Shown piece by piece: positions 39,901 through 52,088 of a stretch of DNA of 64,000 nucleotides. The notes below the pieces were generated by a model that was not told the DNA's origin, did not search any database, and saw nothing but the letters and a program-made list of their open reading frames with translations. How positions within the stretch are numbered: position 1 is the first letter of the stretch; each line of letters starts with the position of its first letter. This DNA is from Reclinomonas americana ATCC 50394 (Eukaryota), in NCBI GenBank assembly GCA_048213135.1, contig PS015213.1:1-64000 (forward strand), in the 5' to 3' direction. Both the position numbers and the translations under genes were made by a program.

Positions 39901-40209
39901 ACGCGCTCCACCGGGTCGCGCACTCGCACCATGCGTCGACATCGACTCAGCTGCAGCAGTCGCCGCCGCCAACCGTGCTCCTCAATCGCCGTCGCCAACT
40001 GCTCTTCGTCGCCCATGCTCAACTCCGGTGCACTGATCAGCAGGAACTGCAGAGAGACGTAGCCGGCGGGATGTGCCTTCACCAGAAATACATGAATTGC
40101 AGAATGGGACAGTTGGCACTTGACTCTGAGGAGTGGAGAAGAGGGACAGACGGGGAGAGCAAGGGCAGGGTAGGGGAACAGTGCACGTGCAGCATCCGTG
40201 AGTTGTCAT
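37000..40209 (-). CDS. CCR4/nocturnin-type EEP nuclease preceded by tandem La motifs
   Basis: EEP: TLMTYN/VLAD, W.YRRRLI..PDILCLQE, GNA/IFFK, VCTAHL, AGDLN, TNWT..LDYIF, PSDHVPL. La: QRQLEFWFSDDNL..D.HL, RRQIEFWFSDTNV..GFVSV. Confidence 0.87.
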
Positions 40210-40621
40210 GATGGAGAGAGTTGGCGCGCGGGAAACCCCGAAATGCACCAGTTTGCAAACAGGAGGAGGGAGAGAGCGAGGAGGAGAGAGAGAGAGAGAG
40301 AGAGACACACACACATACATAGTGACGATGCCGAGAGAGAGAGACAAGGAAGAGGGAGGCCGACGGAAGATGAGTCACTTTGTGTGTGTTGATCTCACAC
40401 GCACATTGGCCGCGATAAACACCTCCGGATGCAGATCAGGTCGACTCAGCACCTGCTCAAGCAGCTGCACGGTCTCCATTACACACACAACGAAAGCACA
40501 CGATTACTCGGACAGATAGTGGCGGGTACAATGAGGCCGCGAGCGAAACGGACAGTTTGTCGCGAAACATTGTGTTGTCGTGCGAGAGAAGAATCGCAGC
40601 CGACGGAGACAGAGAAGCAAC

Positions 40622-42718
40622 ATGTACAGCGGGCAACGCAACGAACGGGGTGTGCCACACGGAGTGGGAACGTGCACGTGGCCAGACGGGAGGTTCAGTC
40701 GCGATTTTTGCTCACGTGCTCTGTCTCCGCGTCCCCTCACGACTCTTCTCTCTTTGTGTGTGTCTCTCTCTCTGTGTGTGTCTGCGTGTCACACCAGGCA
40801 GTACAGCGGCGACTTTTGCAACAACGTTGCGTCACCAATCACGCTTTTGCGAAACGTCCCATTCACTCACTCTCTCACTCATACTCATCTTCCTCTCTAT
40901 TCTCCCGCAGAAATGCCACGGTCGAGGGTGAGTGCCGCCCCACTTTTTCTTTGTCTTGTGTGCGCGATATACGCAGCAGCGGTATACACTGTAAGCGAGA
41001 GGCCATTGAGGAAGAGACGCTGTTTCTCTGCCTGTGTTATGTGGCACTCGTTCTCTCAGTCAACCGAATGCGCGACTGACGATTAGATTGATGACCTGTC
41101 ATCATCGTCTTCCGAGGGAGAGAGGTCCCTGTTTACTCACTCTCTGTCTGTATTCACAGGCGATTTGCAAGCAGCGATGGAGTGTACGAAGGCTCCTTTG
41201 TCGAGGATCGCATGGAGGGACAAGGGGTGTGTGTTCGATCATGACACTTGATTCCTTTCTTCCTCTCTGCCTTCCTCTCTTCACCCTCCTCCTGTGATCT
41301 GTCGGCCTTTCGCCGCCTTGTCGTCTTGTCGTCATCGGCGTTGCCTTTTTATGCGCACACTCATTTGGCGTGAATTGATGGGCGTTTTTCGCGCATGTGC
41401 ACCCCGTTTCAACCACCCTGTGAATGCCGCCACCTGTCACTTGATTGATTATTGCCAACCGACCACCACCTGCTCCTCCCACTCCCACTCCTCCACTCCT
41501 TCTCCTCCTTCTTCATCCCCTGTATTCCTCCTGTATCGGTCGGTTTATTGATCCTTATTTCTCGCTCTCTCTCTCTCTCCACGCAGACCAAGTGGTGGCA
41601 CGACGGAAGAAGGTCTGTCCGCCACTGCGTCATCCGTCGCTGCAGCTGGCGACGCAGTGTCTCACTGTGCGATGCGTGCGGCAGATATGTCGGCGAGTGG
41701 AAGAACAATCGGTGCCACGGGCAAGGTGTGCTCACGCTGGCCGACGGGGTGTCGGAGTACGACGGCGAGTTCGTGGAGGACACCATGGAGGGCGAGGGCA
41801 CAATGACGGTGCGTGGCAGGCATGAACAAGATGTATCTCTGTGTAGCATGTGCTCACCGACGAGTTGTGCAGTGGGCCGACGGTCGTGTGTATGTTGGCG
41901 AGTGGAAGGCCTCCAAAGCGCACGGATACGGTGTGTGTGTGTGAGCAGGCGCACGATTCCCTACCGTGCATCACCCTGCCGATATTGACCGACATGCAGG
42001 AAAAATGGAGTACCCGAATGGAGCGTGTTTTGAGGGCGAGTGGAACAGCGGGAAGCGCGTGTTTGGCTTGCTGCACTACCCGAACCAGACGCACTACCGC
42101 GGCGGCTTTGTCAACGACAAGGAGGAGGGCGACGCCGAAGTGAGGACGCCGGATCCGCGGGAGCCGAAGCGCACGCTGCGCTTCCGCTGCAAGTACGTGG
42201 CTGGCAGGGAGATTCTGCGGTTGCCACTGGCGCCCGGCGAGTCGGCGTTTGCGCCGACACCCGAGGGCGAGGTGGAGAGCGATGCGCGGAAGCGACTGCG
42301 GAAAACAGAAGAGGAGCGCATGCTGCGACTCGAGCTGGAGGCATTGCGTCACAAGGTCGACGAGTTGGCGGTGGAGCGCGACGAGGAAGCCAAGAAGGCC
42401 AAGGAGAAGGAGAAGGACAGCATGTTGCGTAGGCCGTGGCAAGTCGTGTCCTCAATATTATGAGTGTGTTTGACGCTGGAATTTTGCATGTGCGCGCACA
42501 GCTGTGTGGTGTGCCTGGCGGAGAGTCGGTGCATATGCTTTGTGCCGTGCGGACATGTCGTGTGCGTCACCGTGCCTTGTCGTGCGTTAATTCACCGCTT
42601 TCACTCACCGATTCTGTGGCGCCACAGGTGCTGCGAGGGCTGTGCACGACAGGTCACACCGTGCCCTATTTGCCGCACACCCATTCGCCAGCGTGTCAAG
42701 GTCTTCATCTCTGTATAA
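40622..42718 (+). CDS. MORN-repeat protein with coiled coil and C-terminal C3HC4 RING finger
   Basis: YVGEWKNNRCHGQG, YDGEFVEDTMEGEG, YVGEW, FEGEW; CVVC..FVPCGHV/CCEGC..CPICRTPI. Confidence 0.88.
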
Positions 42719-43184
42719 TTCCCCCTCTCCTTCTCCTTTGTTATATGNNNNNNNNNNNNNNNNNNNNNNNNNNNNNNNNNNNNNNNNNNNNNNNNNNNNN
42801 NNNNNNNNNNNNNNNNNNNNNNNNNNNNNNNNNNNNNNNNNNNNNNNNNNNNNNNNNNNNNNNNNNNNNNNNNNNNNNNNNNNNNNNNNNNNNNNNNNNN
42901 NNNNNNNNNNNNNNNNNNNNNNNNNNNNNNNNNNNNNNNNNNNNNNNNNNNNNNNNNNNNNNNNNNNNNNNNNNNNNNNNNNNNNNNNNNNNNNNNNNNN
43001 NNNNNNNNNNNNNNNNNNNNNNNNNNNNNNNNNNNNNNNNNNNNNNNNNNNNNNNNNNNNNNNNNNNNNNNNNNNNNNNNNNNNNNNNNNNNNNNNNNNN
43101 NNNNNNNNNNNNNNNNNNNNNNNNNNNNNNNNNNNNNNNNNNNNNNNNNNNNNNNNNNNNNNNNNNNNNNNNNNNNNNNNNNNN

Positions 43185-43414
43185 CGACCAACGAGCGTGA
43201 AATGTTGGAGGCTGCCGTGGCCAGATTGCAACAAAAGGCGGAGGCCATGAACCGGTGGTCGCCCAAGGATGCGCGCTACTGCACGTGTGCACAGCTGTCG
43301 ATTCGTCGCGTGTGGCAGAGCATGCGACAGCACGCCTCGCAGTTCAACTGGTACCGCCGGCTGTATGTGCTGTGCTCCTCGTTTGTCTTTGTTAATGTGT
43401 TGCGGAAAGCGTAG
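43185..43414 (+). CDS. PIGL: C-terminal fragment of PIG-L (on an apparently inverted contig)
   Basis: SMRQHASQFNWYRRLYVLCSSFVFVNVL-stop matches the PIG-L C-terminal AM..H.SQ..WFR.LY motif. Confidence 0.75.
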
Positions 43415-44566
43415 TAAAGAGTACACTTTCTGACTTTTTTCTTATCTCCACTGTACCCGACACACACACACACACGGTCGCTCTCGCGTCACGCGTGCAA
43501 CAAGACGGGCAAAACAAAGGAGAACATATGTACAGGATGGGTGAACAACACAACAATGGCGAAAGATCTAGAGCACGGCTGTACAAGAAAGACAAATTGA
43601 TTCTTCTAAGAGGGGGAGAAAACAGCGACAACAANNNNNNNNNNNNNNNNNNNNNNNNNNNNNNNNNNNNNNNNNNNNNNNNNNNNNNNNNNNNNNNNNN
43701 NNNNNNNNNNNNNNNNNNNNNNNNNNNNNNNNNNNNNNNNNNNNNNNNNNNNNNNNNNNNNNNNNNNNNNNNNNNNNNNNNNNNNNNNNNNNNNNNNNNN
43801 NNNNNNNNNNNNNNNNNNNNNNNNNNNNNNNNNNNNNNNNNNNNNNNNNNNNNNNNNNNNNNNNNNNNNNNNNNNNNNNNNNNNNNNNNNNNNNNNNNNN
43901 NNNNNNNNNNNNNNNNNNNNNNNNNNNNNNNNNNNNNNNNNNNNNNNNNNNNNNNNNNNNNNNNNNNNNNNNNNNNNNNNNNNNNNNNNNNNNNNNNNNN
44001 NNNNNNNNNNNNNNNNNNNNNNNNNNNNNNNNNNNNNNNNNNNNNNNNNNNNNNNNNNNNNNNNNNNNNNNNNNNNNNNNNNNNNNNNNNNNNNNNNNNN
44101 NNNNNNNNNNNNNNNNNNNNNNNNNNNNNNNNNNNNNNNNNNNNNNNNNNNNNNNNNNNNNNNNNNNNNNNNNNNNNNNNNNNNNNNNNNNNNNNNNNNN
44201 NNNNNNNNNNNNNNNNNNNNNNNNNNNNNNNNNNNNNNNNNNNNNNNNNNNNNNNNNNNNNNNNNNNNNNNNNNNNNNNNNNNNNNNNNNNNNNNNNNNN
44301 NNNNNNNNNNNNNNNNNNNNNNNNNNNNNNNNNNNNNNNNNNNNNNNNNNNNNNNNNNNNNNNNNNNNNNNNNNNNNNNNNNNNNNNNNNNNNNNNNNNN
44401 NNNNNNNNNNNNNNNNNNNNNNNNNNNNNNNNNNNNNNNNNNNNNNNNNNNNNNNNNNNNNNNNNNNNNNNNNNNNNNNNNNNNNNNNNNNNNNNNNNNN
44501 NNNNNNNNNNNNNNNNNNNNNNNNNNNNNNNNNNNNNNNNNNNNNNNNNNNNNNNNNNNNNNNNNN

Positions 44567-45618
44567 CTGCCTCGGTCCCCGATCCGGGAAGCGACACCAT
44601 CTCGTGCACCAGCTCCTCGTGCACACCGTCGCCACCACCACCACCAGCATTAGCAGCGGGTACGACCGCCTGACCTTTGCGATGATCCCTGCCGCTGTCG
44701 TCGCCGCCGTCACCGTCGGCGTCAACGTCATCGTCGCTCTTTTTGCGCGAGGCCGCCGCACGACGCCACGATCCACCGCGCACATACGTTCCACTGCCAA
44801 ACATGACAGCGGCCACACCGGAGCGCAGCAACTCGAAGAAGCCCGTGTACTTGCGCCACCATGAACCACTGTCGAGGAGCCACACTTGCGCCGGTCGCAG
44901 CTGACCGCGTCGAAACGCCGCCACCACTCCACGCGACACTGCAATGTGATTCGGGTGGCCGCTGACGCCACGCTCGTCAAACGTCACCACCCACTGGAAC
45001 GCCGACCCACGCGCATGCTCTGCCACCACATCCGCCTGCTCTCCTCCATTGCACAATGAGTGAAGAAGCAACAATGAAGTCTACTGCGCTCTCCCTCCCA
45101 CTGACCACGGTGTTCACGGGCCATATGGCACGCATCGAGTCTTGCAGCTCCTCGTGGCGCACAATGGTCACATCGTCGCGTTTGACACCGAGCACATGGC
45201 ATGCGCGATACAACTCCTCCTCGCGACGCTGTCCGAGGCCCTCGGCGTTGCCATTGGACAGGCACAAGACACTGAGTCGAGCGCCCACAGACTCCCGCAG
45301 AGTGGCGAGAGTGGGCGCAAAGAACATGGACTCGTCGTCCGGATGCGCAATCACCAGCAGTGCATGTGGTGACGACACTACGATGCACGCACATAGAGAG
45401 AGAGAGAGAGAATGAATGCACATGCACGCACATGCAAGTGACTGTGAGTGAGTTAGTTGCTCACCGTTTGCGCAGGCAGCTGAGAGAATGCGAGCTGCTC
45501 GTGAGCTCAGCACGCGACGCAGAAGGAACCCCAGTGCGGCGCACATGGCGAGCAGGCTGGCGAGGAGCACCGTCAGCACGAATGCCTTCAACAGTGCCTC
45601 TTCGTCCACGAGAAACAT
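44567..45618 (-). CDS. PIGL: GlcNAc-PI de-N-acetylase PIG-L, N-terminal part (runs into gap)
   Basis: N-terminal TM segment, LLVIAHPDDESMFFAP, LCLSNGNAEGLG..R..EL, LQDS, TFDERGVSGHPNH. Confidence 0.92.
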
Positions 45619-45713
45619 AATGAGCAACAAAAGTGCGTTTTTACTCGCGACGGACTGGACGTCGACAGGTGTTCCGCTGTCTGTCTGTCTGCGCGTGCGT
45701 GTGGAAAGCAGGC

Positions 45714-46917
45714 TCAGGCCACGGTGCACACGGAGAGCGTCGGGCACGAGGCCGACGCGGAGCAGTACGACGGAAGCGCAAAGATGCTGCCATTGATCGG
45801 GTCGGTCTTGTACCTGTGTTTGCAGAGGCCAGTGTCAGCTAGCAGCAGGGAGAGAAGGCGGAGGAACAAGAGACCGCCGTGTATGCGCAACGTCTGCGGG
45901 TTGAACTCAAAAAGGTCATTCGGCGCCATGTCGAGCCTGCATACAATGGTGCGACGTTCTTCAGCTGCAATTGCAGAGTATACCCTCGACCCTTTTGACC
46001 ACACGCAACTCCACCGGCACGTTCGAGTCCACGGTGGCATAGTAAAAGTTGTCTTGCAGACCCTGCACAGTCGACAATCAGCGCCTGCAAGGCCCCCCTG
46101 TTCCCTCACCATGTCTTGCGCAGACCTTCTGGTTCCACTTGTTGGTCATGTAGCCGCCAATCTGCTGCGTTCCGAGGTACTGTGCACCATGGAGCCAGTC
46201 GCGGCGAATGGTACCGCAGCCCTTGGCATCGTTGCAGCACGCGCAGCACGACTTGAGCTCGGGGAACACGAGATATCGCATGCCGGCGACCACCAGGTGC
46301 GTGCAATTCGTGTTGGTGAGCCTGCGTCGTCGCACAAGTGAGAGACGCACGGAGGAGTGAGTGTGAGAGAGAGAGAAAAAGGCAGAGCAGGCGCAACGGG
46401 TGAATGCTTCCGCAATCTGTGTTGTTGCTGCATCAGCTCACGTGAACCTCCAACAAACGCAAAGAAAGAGGAGAGGAGACGCAACAGCGGTCGTGGCGGC
46501 CATTGGCGCGGTCAATGCGCGTGTAGTTGTGCACCTAATGCCCACCAAAAAAAGAACTTGAGAAGACAGACAGCGAGACTCCGGGGGGGAGGCACACAAT
46601 GCACTCACCGCATCATACCACCACGTTCCTGTCGTCGTGTGACTGCCACCAATGATCTTGGTGGTCTCGCTAAAGTCTGCGGTGGGTGGAGGAGCCAAGT
46701 GAGAAACACGCACGCACGCACGCACACGCACACGGAGACACACTCGCTCACCAATCTGGAAAAACGCAGGCCACACAGGCGCGTCGGGGTCGCCCAAGGC
46801 CAGCGCATGCTCGAGCTCACCCGCAGCCGCCTGCTCCACCAGCAAAGTGCTGGTGAACACCAGTGCAAACACGCAGGCGAGCGCGAGGAAGAGAAGCGAG
46901 GTGCTCTGGCGCGACAT
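45714..46917 (-). CDS. Secreted Cys-rich protein of unknown function
   Basis: Signal peptide MSRQSTSLLFLALACV..; PVWPAFFQI/DFSE..TGTWWYDA; RYLVFPELKSCCACC..GCG..DWL; IFALPSYC. Possibly ependymin/LolA-like (inference). Confidence 0.7.
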
Positions 46918-47009
46918 TTTTGTTGTCAAGTAAAGAATGATAAGATGTTCCGCGCGGGTCAACGGAGGACACAAGACTCGTCACTTGACGCACAGGCAGT
47001 CAGAGGTCG

Positions 47010-49118
47010 ATGTCGCATGTGCTGCGTGTGACTCTTGACCAGCGACGAGCGGCGTATCATGCCAAGCGGTGAGCTGTGTGTGTCGAGATGGAAACCTTAC
47101 ACAAATCCTCTTCTCACACTCACGCTCGTGCAGGCGACTGTGGCAGGAGTTTGGTACGCAAAAGGAGGCGTTTGAGTATGCCGACGAGCATGCAGCGCAG
47201 TGCTTGTATTTCACGTATGAGGATGGCGATGAGGATGGCGTGAGGTATGAGGATCGCAGTGTTGCATGCATGCATGCATGCATGCAGGCAGGGCTTCTCA
47301 TCACCACATGCAGGCGTTTCCTGGTCACCACGGTGGTGGATCTGTGGTTTCGATACAAGAGCATTCCAGTGGTGCGACGACTTGTCTCTGATCTCATGCA
47401 CGGCAGTCTCCTTCTCATCGCATGTTGGCGCGCACAGTCACGGCGCCATTTCTACGAGATCATTCGCGAGGGGATGCCGTGCTGCTTGTACATTGATGCC
47501 GAGTACATGCGAGACTCTGCGCCGTTGCGTCAAGTGCTGTTGTGCTGCTGTGATCGGCGACGGCTGCTGATGGAGAAGCAGTGTCGAGTGGCTGGACGCG
47601 GGTCATCCGCGACGCGTGTGCGAGGTGCTGGTGGAGGCCGCCATCCGAGCGTTTGCCGATCTGTTTGCTGTGGAGTGTTCTCGGTGCGCGCACACGTCTC
47701 TTCACGTCGCTTCCGCGTTCGCTGTCGTCACTCGGGCGCTTCGCAGCTCGCATGTCATTGTGTTGGACTCGTCGACACCGGAAAAGTTCTCTCGCCATCT
47801 GATCTTTCGCGTGCCTGGCGTGGCGTTTGCGTCCAACGTGCATGGTGCGCGCGCTTCGGCCCTGTGCTGCTCTCCTCAGTGTTGACTGAACCCTCGCGCG
47901 CGCAGTCGGTCGCTTTGTGACGGCGCTGCTTCGACGAGTGCCGGAGACGCAGCGGCCGCTGTTGCAGCACGACATGCAGTGGATTGTCGATGCGGCAGTG
48001 TACACGCGCAACCGCAACTTTCGGGTGTGGGGATCGAGCAAGTATGGGCATGCGGCGACAGTTACGCGGCGCACTACCGTGGTGGCAATCGCAGACGGCT
48101 TTGCTGATCTTTGCCAAAAAAAAAACACGCAGTTGTGTCGCGACGACGACTGCGCATACGACATGTCGGCCATTCGCGACGAGGAGCCGTACTTGGCGAT
48201 GGAGCAGGATGCCGAGTACTTTGCCGCCTCACTGGTCACCTATTTTCCGCGTGCGCATCGTCGCTCGTGGCGCCTCCTCGAGCTGCCCGAGTCAACGTTG
48301 CGCGAAGACGCAGAGAAGTTCACGAGTGCACTGCCGCGTGGTCTCCTCTCGCGCTTCGTGTGGGGCTCAGCATTTGCCGCCGAGTCCACTGGAGCACAGT
48401 CGGGTGTGGAGTCTGTGTCGCCCTTTCCGCAACTCGACGAGTACGTGATGCAGACCATGGTGGTGCCGGTGGCCGGAGGTCGCTCGGTGAGAGGCGGAGG
48501 AAGGTTGTTGTTGCACGCTCTTCAACAGGAGCTCTCACCCTTCGCCTCCTTCTCTCTCTCTAGGTCTCGTTTCGGTCGTGGCAGCTGTCGCCGAGCACAC
48601 GAACGCTGACGCTGGCAGTCGCCGGCTCGCGTTACTGCCGCAATGTTGGTCGCGAGCACAGGAGCAACGGCGTGTATCTCGTGTGTGACTTGGGGTTGCG
48701 TGGCATTTTTTCGTTATGCTCTATTCGATGTGCGCTCAACAAGCATTGTGGCTTCAGTCGCGGACACGTTGTGCAGCGCTGCTGGGACCCCGACTGTCAC
48801 GGATTCAGTTCAGGTGCTGCTTGTGTTTTCGACATGAGAAAGAGTGTGCTTGTTTTGCTGATTACGGCGTGACAGCACCGGTGTTGATCCCGCCGGGCCT
48901 GCTGCCGCCAGAGTACGTTGTCCGTCAGCCCGACACGATTTCGCTGGAATTTGGTTTGCGCACACGCACAGGCTCGTTGTGCTCACCTCAGTGGTTCTCA
49001 CTTCCGATCACACGCAGGTGCGCTGACGGACGACGATCTGCAAGCCATCGACGCAGTGTTTGCAACACAGCTCGAGCGCCGTCACAGGCAGCTGCAGGTC
49101 AGCCGCCCACTTGAGTAA
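47010..49118 (+). CDS. PRIMPOL: PrimPol (AEP primase-polymerase with C-terminal Zn finger)
   Basis: HFYEIIREGMPCCLYIDAEY, LDSSTPEKFSRHLIF, VDAAVYTRNRNFR..SSK, RYCRNVGREHRSN..QRCWDPDC. Confidence 0.93.
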
Positions 49119-49217
49119 TGTGCATTCATCTTCACTCACTTTCCGAAGCTGACACAGGCTGACAGCAGCTACGCCATGCAAGATGACGAGGAGGAGCAAG
49201 AAGGAGATTGATCTTGC

Positions 49218-50189
49218 CTATCCGCTGCCTGCGTGCTGCTCCACCACCGCAAGTCCGTCGGCAAAGGTGGACACTACAGTGCCGCACTCGTGCCGGATGA
49301 AGCGCCGAAAGGCCGCCAGTGACTCCTGCCAAGATGATGGGTCAGCGTGTGGCTGACGAAAAATGAGACAGTGGCCCGACGGATTTACCGCTTCGACTCG
49401 CTTCTCGATGTCTGCGTTGCCGCTGATGGCCAGAGCGGATGCATCGGGCATCAGCAACGCATCGAGAGCCGCATCCAGAGCGCGCCAGTTGCCAATGGCG
49501 ATGACCGGGAGTGGTCGTCGTGGCGCGTCAGAATCATCGCTCGTGCTGTTGAGGAAGGTTTCGACACTGCGCAATCGCCGTGTGAAGACTACCGGTGTGC
49601 TGTGTATTGCTGGGCAGGAGAACGTACCGCTCTTGCACAGCAGCTGGCGTTACTGCCGAGGGACCGTCGCCTCCTCGTGTGTGGTTCACTACGAAAATTG
49701 GTGGGCGAAGTGAATAACTTCGAACACCGCGAACGCATTTGTACCTATGAGAAGCACAGGGCGTGCGAAAACTCGAACACTCTGTTGAATGGTGTGCAGT
49801 GGCAGCACACTGTCGAGCCGCTGTGCACGCCATCTCAGTGAGCACATCACCATGTCAACCACTTCGCCATGTCAGCAATACCTCTTCCACATTGCTGTCG
49901 TCAACGCTTTCGTCCTCCACCATCACCACTCGACGCACCTGCGCCAGGTCCACCAAGCACAAACCGAGCCCATGCGTCGGCAGAATCAAGTGTGCGTCGC
50001 GAATAGTCTCCGACACTGCACGAATTGAAGTTGCGGGTTGTTCCGACCAGTCGACCAATCTCCATCATGCAACTCACCTCGCACCACGCGGAAACGCTTC
50101 TCCAGCGCGGACTTGACCTCCCAGAAGAGTGGCGAGGAAGAGGCGAGGATCGCCGGCTCTGATCGCAAAGTCGATTCCTGGTGTTGCAT
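49218..50189 (-). CDS. Hypothetical protein (multi-exon)
   Basis: Coding-like frames between neighbouring genes; no family recognised and exon structure is only approximate. Confidence 0.4.
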
Positions 50190-50248
50190 GATTTTCTCTG
50201 TTCTCTCACGAGCACAAACTACAAACTTTTCAGAGGACAACTCGTTCA

Positions 50249-52010
50249 CTACGTTGACGCCGGTGCAATGTCGACTCTCATGTTGACATATGAGATCGAG
50301 TCCTTGTTCGTGTAGGGATTCGTTCCGGCGTACCCGGCTGTCCGGCCGGGCACCTTGGTCAGCGTGACCCTGAATTGCACGGGGTCCGTCTCGAACGTGA
50401 AGGCGCTTGTAAATCTGTGCGTGAGTGCGTGTTGTACATGTGAGGTACTCGATGAGGTGTGCGATATGCGAGAAGCGGACGGAACGAGTCGTCGCGGGCG
50501 TCGACCAGACTCGTGGACACGGCGACGAATTCGTGTTGCGCGTCGTCGGGACCGTCGGGCGAGTTGAAAATGTTGGCCGACCTGCAGCACCACCACAGGA
50601 GAATGGATTCAGTTGGAAGGCGGGAAAGACATGCATGTACGACGCAAGACTCACGTCAGCGCGCGAATGTGGCGTTCGCGTCCCAACAGTGGCGACTGCG
50701 ACGATCGAGGGAGGTGTGAGCAGAAAAAGTCAACGAAGCAAAGACTTGCTATCACACACGCACCTTCCACGGCGCAAACTCGACTACGCCCGTCTTCAGA
50801 TGGATTCGGTCATCTTGCGTGAGGTACGTCATGGAGGCATTGTCGAGGGCGAAGCCGCGCGGGTTGGAGCGCTCGGTGGCGGCCGTGATGTTGATGAAGA
50901 TGCCGCCACCAGCACCGACCACAACACCCACTGGATCCGGCGAATTCACTCCAACAATCACCAGCGCCGTGTCCTCGTCCATGCCCACTGCAAACTGCGA
51001 GCCACGCGGCAAATATCGTGTGTCCCATGCCAGGCGCAGGAGGCGACCTGTGGCGCAGCAGTCTGTGTGAATCACTCCTCTCCAGCCACATCGCCACGAC
51101 ACGCGCTTCACCTTGACGGCCTCGCGGTGCCACGTGCGTGTCGAGCAGGCCCCACGGGAACGACGGAATGCCACCCTCCGGCACATACACCACCGTGTAG
51201 GGATGCGTTTGCTTCCCGTACACTTCCGCCCCATCCAGCAGCGCATCCCACGAGTAGCCGCCCTCCACCATCACCTTGGCCGTCTGCACAGCGGTGCCGG
51301 CGGAGCTGCCAGAGATCACGGCGCCAGCCTGCTGGAACCGGTCCATGATGGCCTGCAGCACCGGCGACACCACACGCTGTCCACTGTCGTCTGTGTTGTA
51401 AAACGACGACACAATGCGGATCTGATCGCCGCCGGAGAAGAAGAAGCCGGTGCATTGCTGCGCAATGTGCACCACATCGGGGTTGGAGTTGTTGGCGCGG
51501 TGCTGCATGTCGACGGGAATCCAGTGCACCGCCGCCGGGTGATACGACAGGAAAATCTCCTGCATGGCCTCCCATGCAGAAGGCTGGTGGTGTGGTGCAG
51601 TGAGTCACACGAGCAAGAGAGGGGAGAGGAAGGGGTGGACGTACTGGATCAATGTCGGCGGCGGTGATCACACCAATGACTGCAGCGCCCTTGCCGCCGG
51701 CCAAGTCGACAATCTGTTGGATGATCAAGGGCTGGTCGTCCTGTTATGTGCGCAGTGCATGCATGTGCATGTGTGCATGTGAGAGAGAGAGAGGGACAGG
51801 CAAGGAGAGTACTTGTGTGCATGCACGTACCCAGTCGCCCGAGGGACCGCCGATCAACACGAGTGAGCCTGCGCGCGGAGCCGATGATGCTTGCGCCTGC
51901 TGGTGCCACCCGTACGCACAGAAGATCACCACGCTGGCCGTGAGCACGCATGAGAGCATGAGCACCAGTCGCACGTGTGGCGACGTGGTGACGGCGCCGC
52001 CCGAGTACAT
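50249..52010 (-). CDS. Secreted or membrane-anchored cyanophycinase-like serine peptidase (S51)
   Basis: N-terminal hydrophobic segment; LVLIGG, FFSGGDQ, GSSAG (Ser), DTHVAPRGRQ/GRL (His), GMDEDTAL (Glu). Confidence 0.88.
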
Positions 52011-52088
52011 CGCGAGAAGATTATGATTATCGATATCTCGGAAATTTGCTTCACTCAGTCTTTCTCTCTCCGTGCACGTGAGAGGAGC

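Noticed and set aside
42600-44980. Long ORFs in the supplied track spanning N runs (also 58416-59911)
   Set aside because: Artefacts of translating through gaps.
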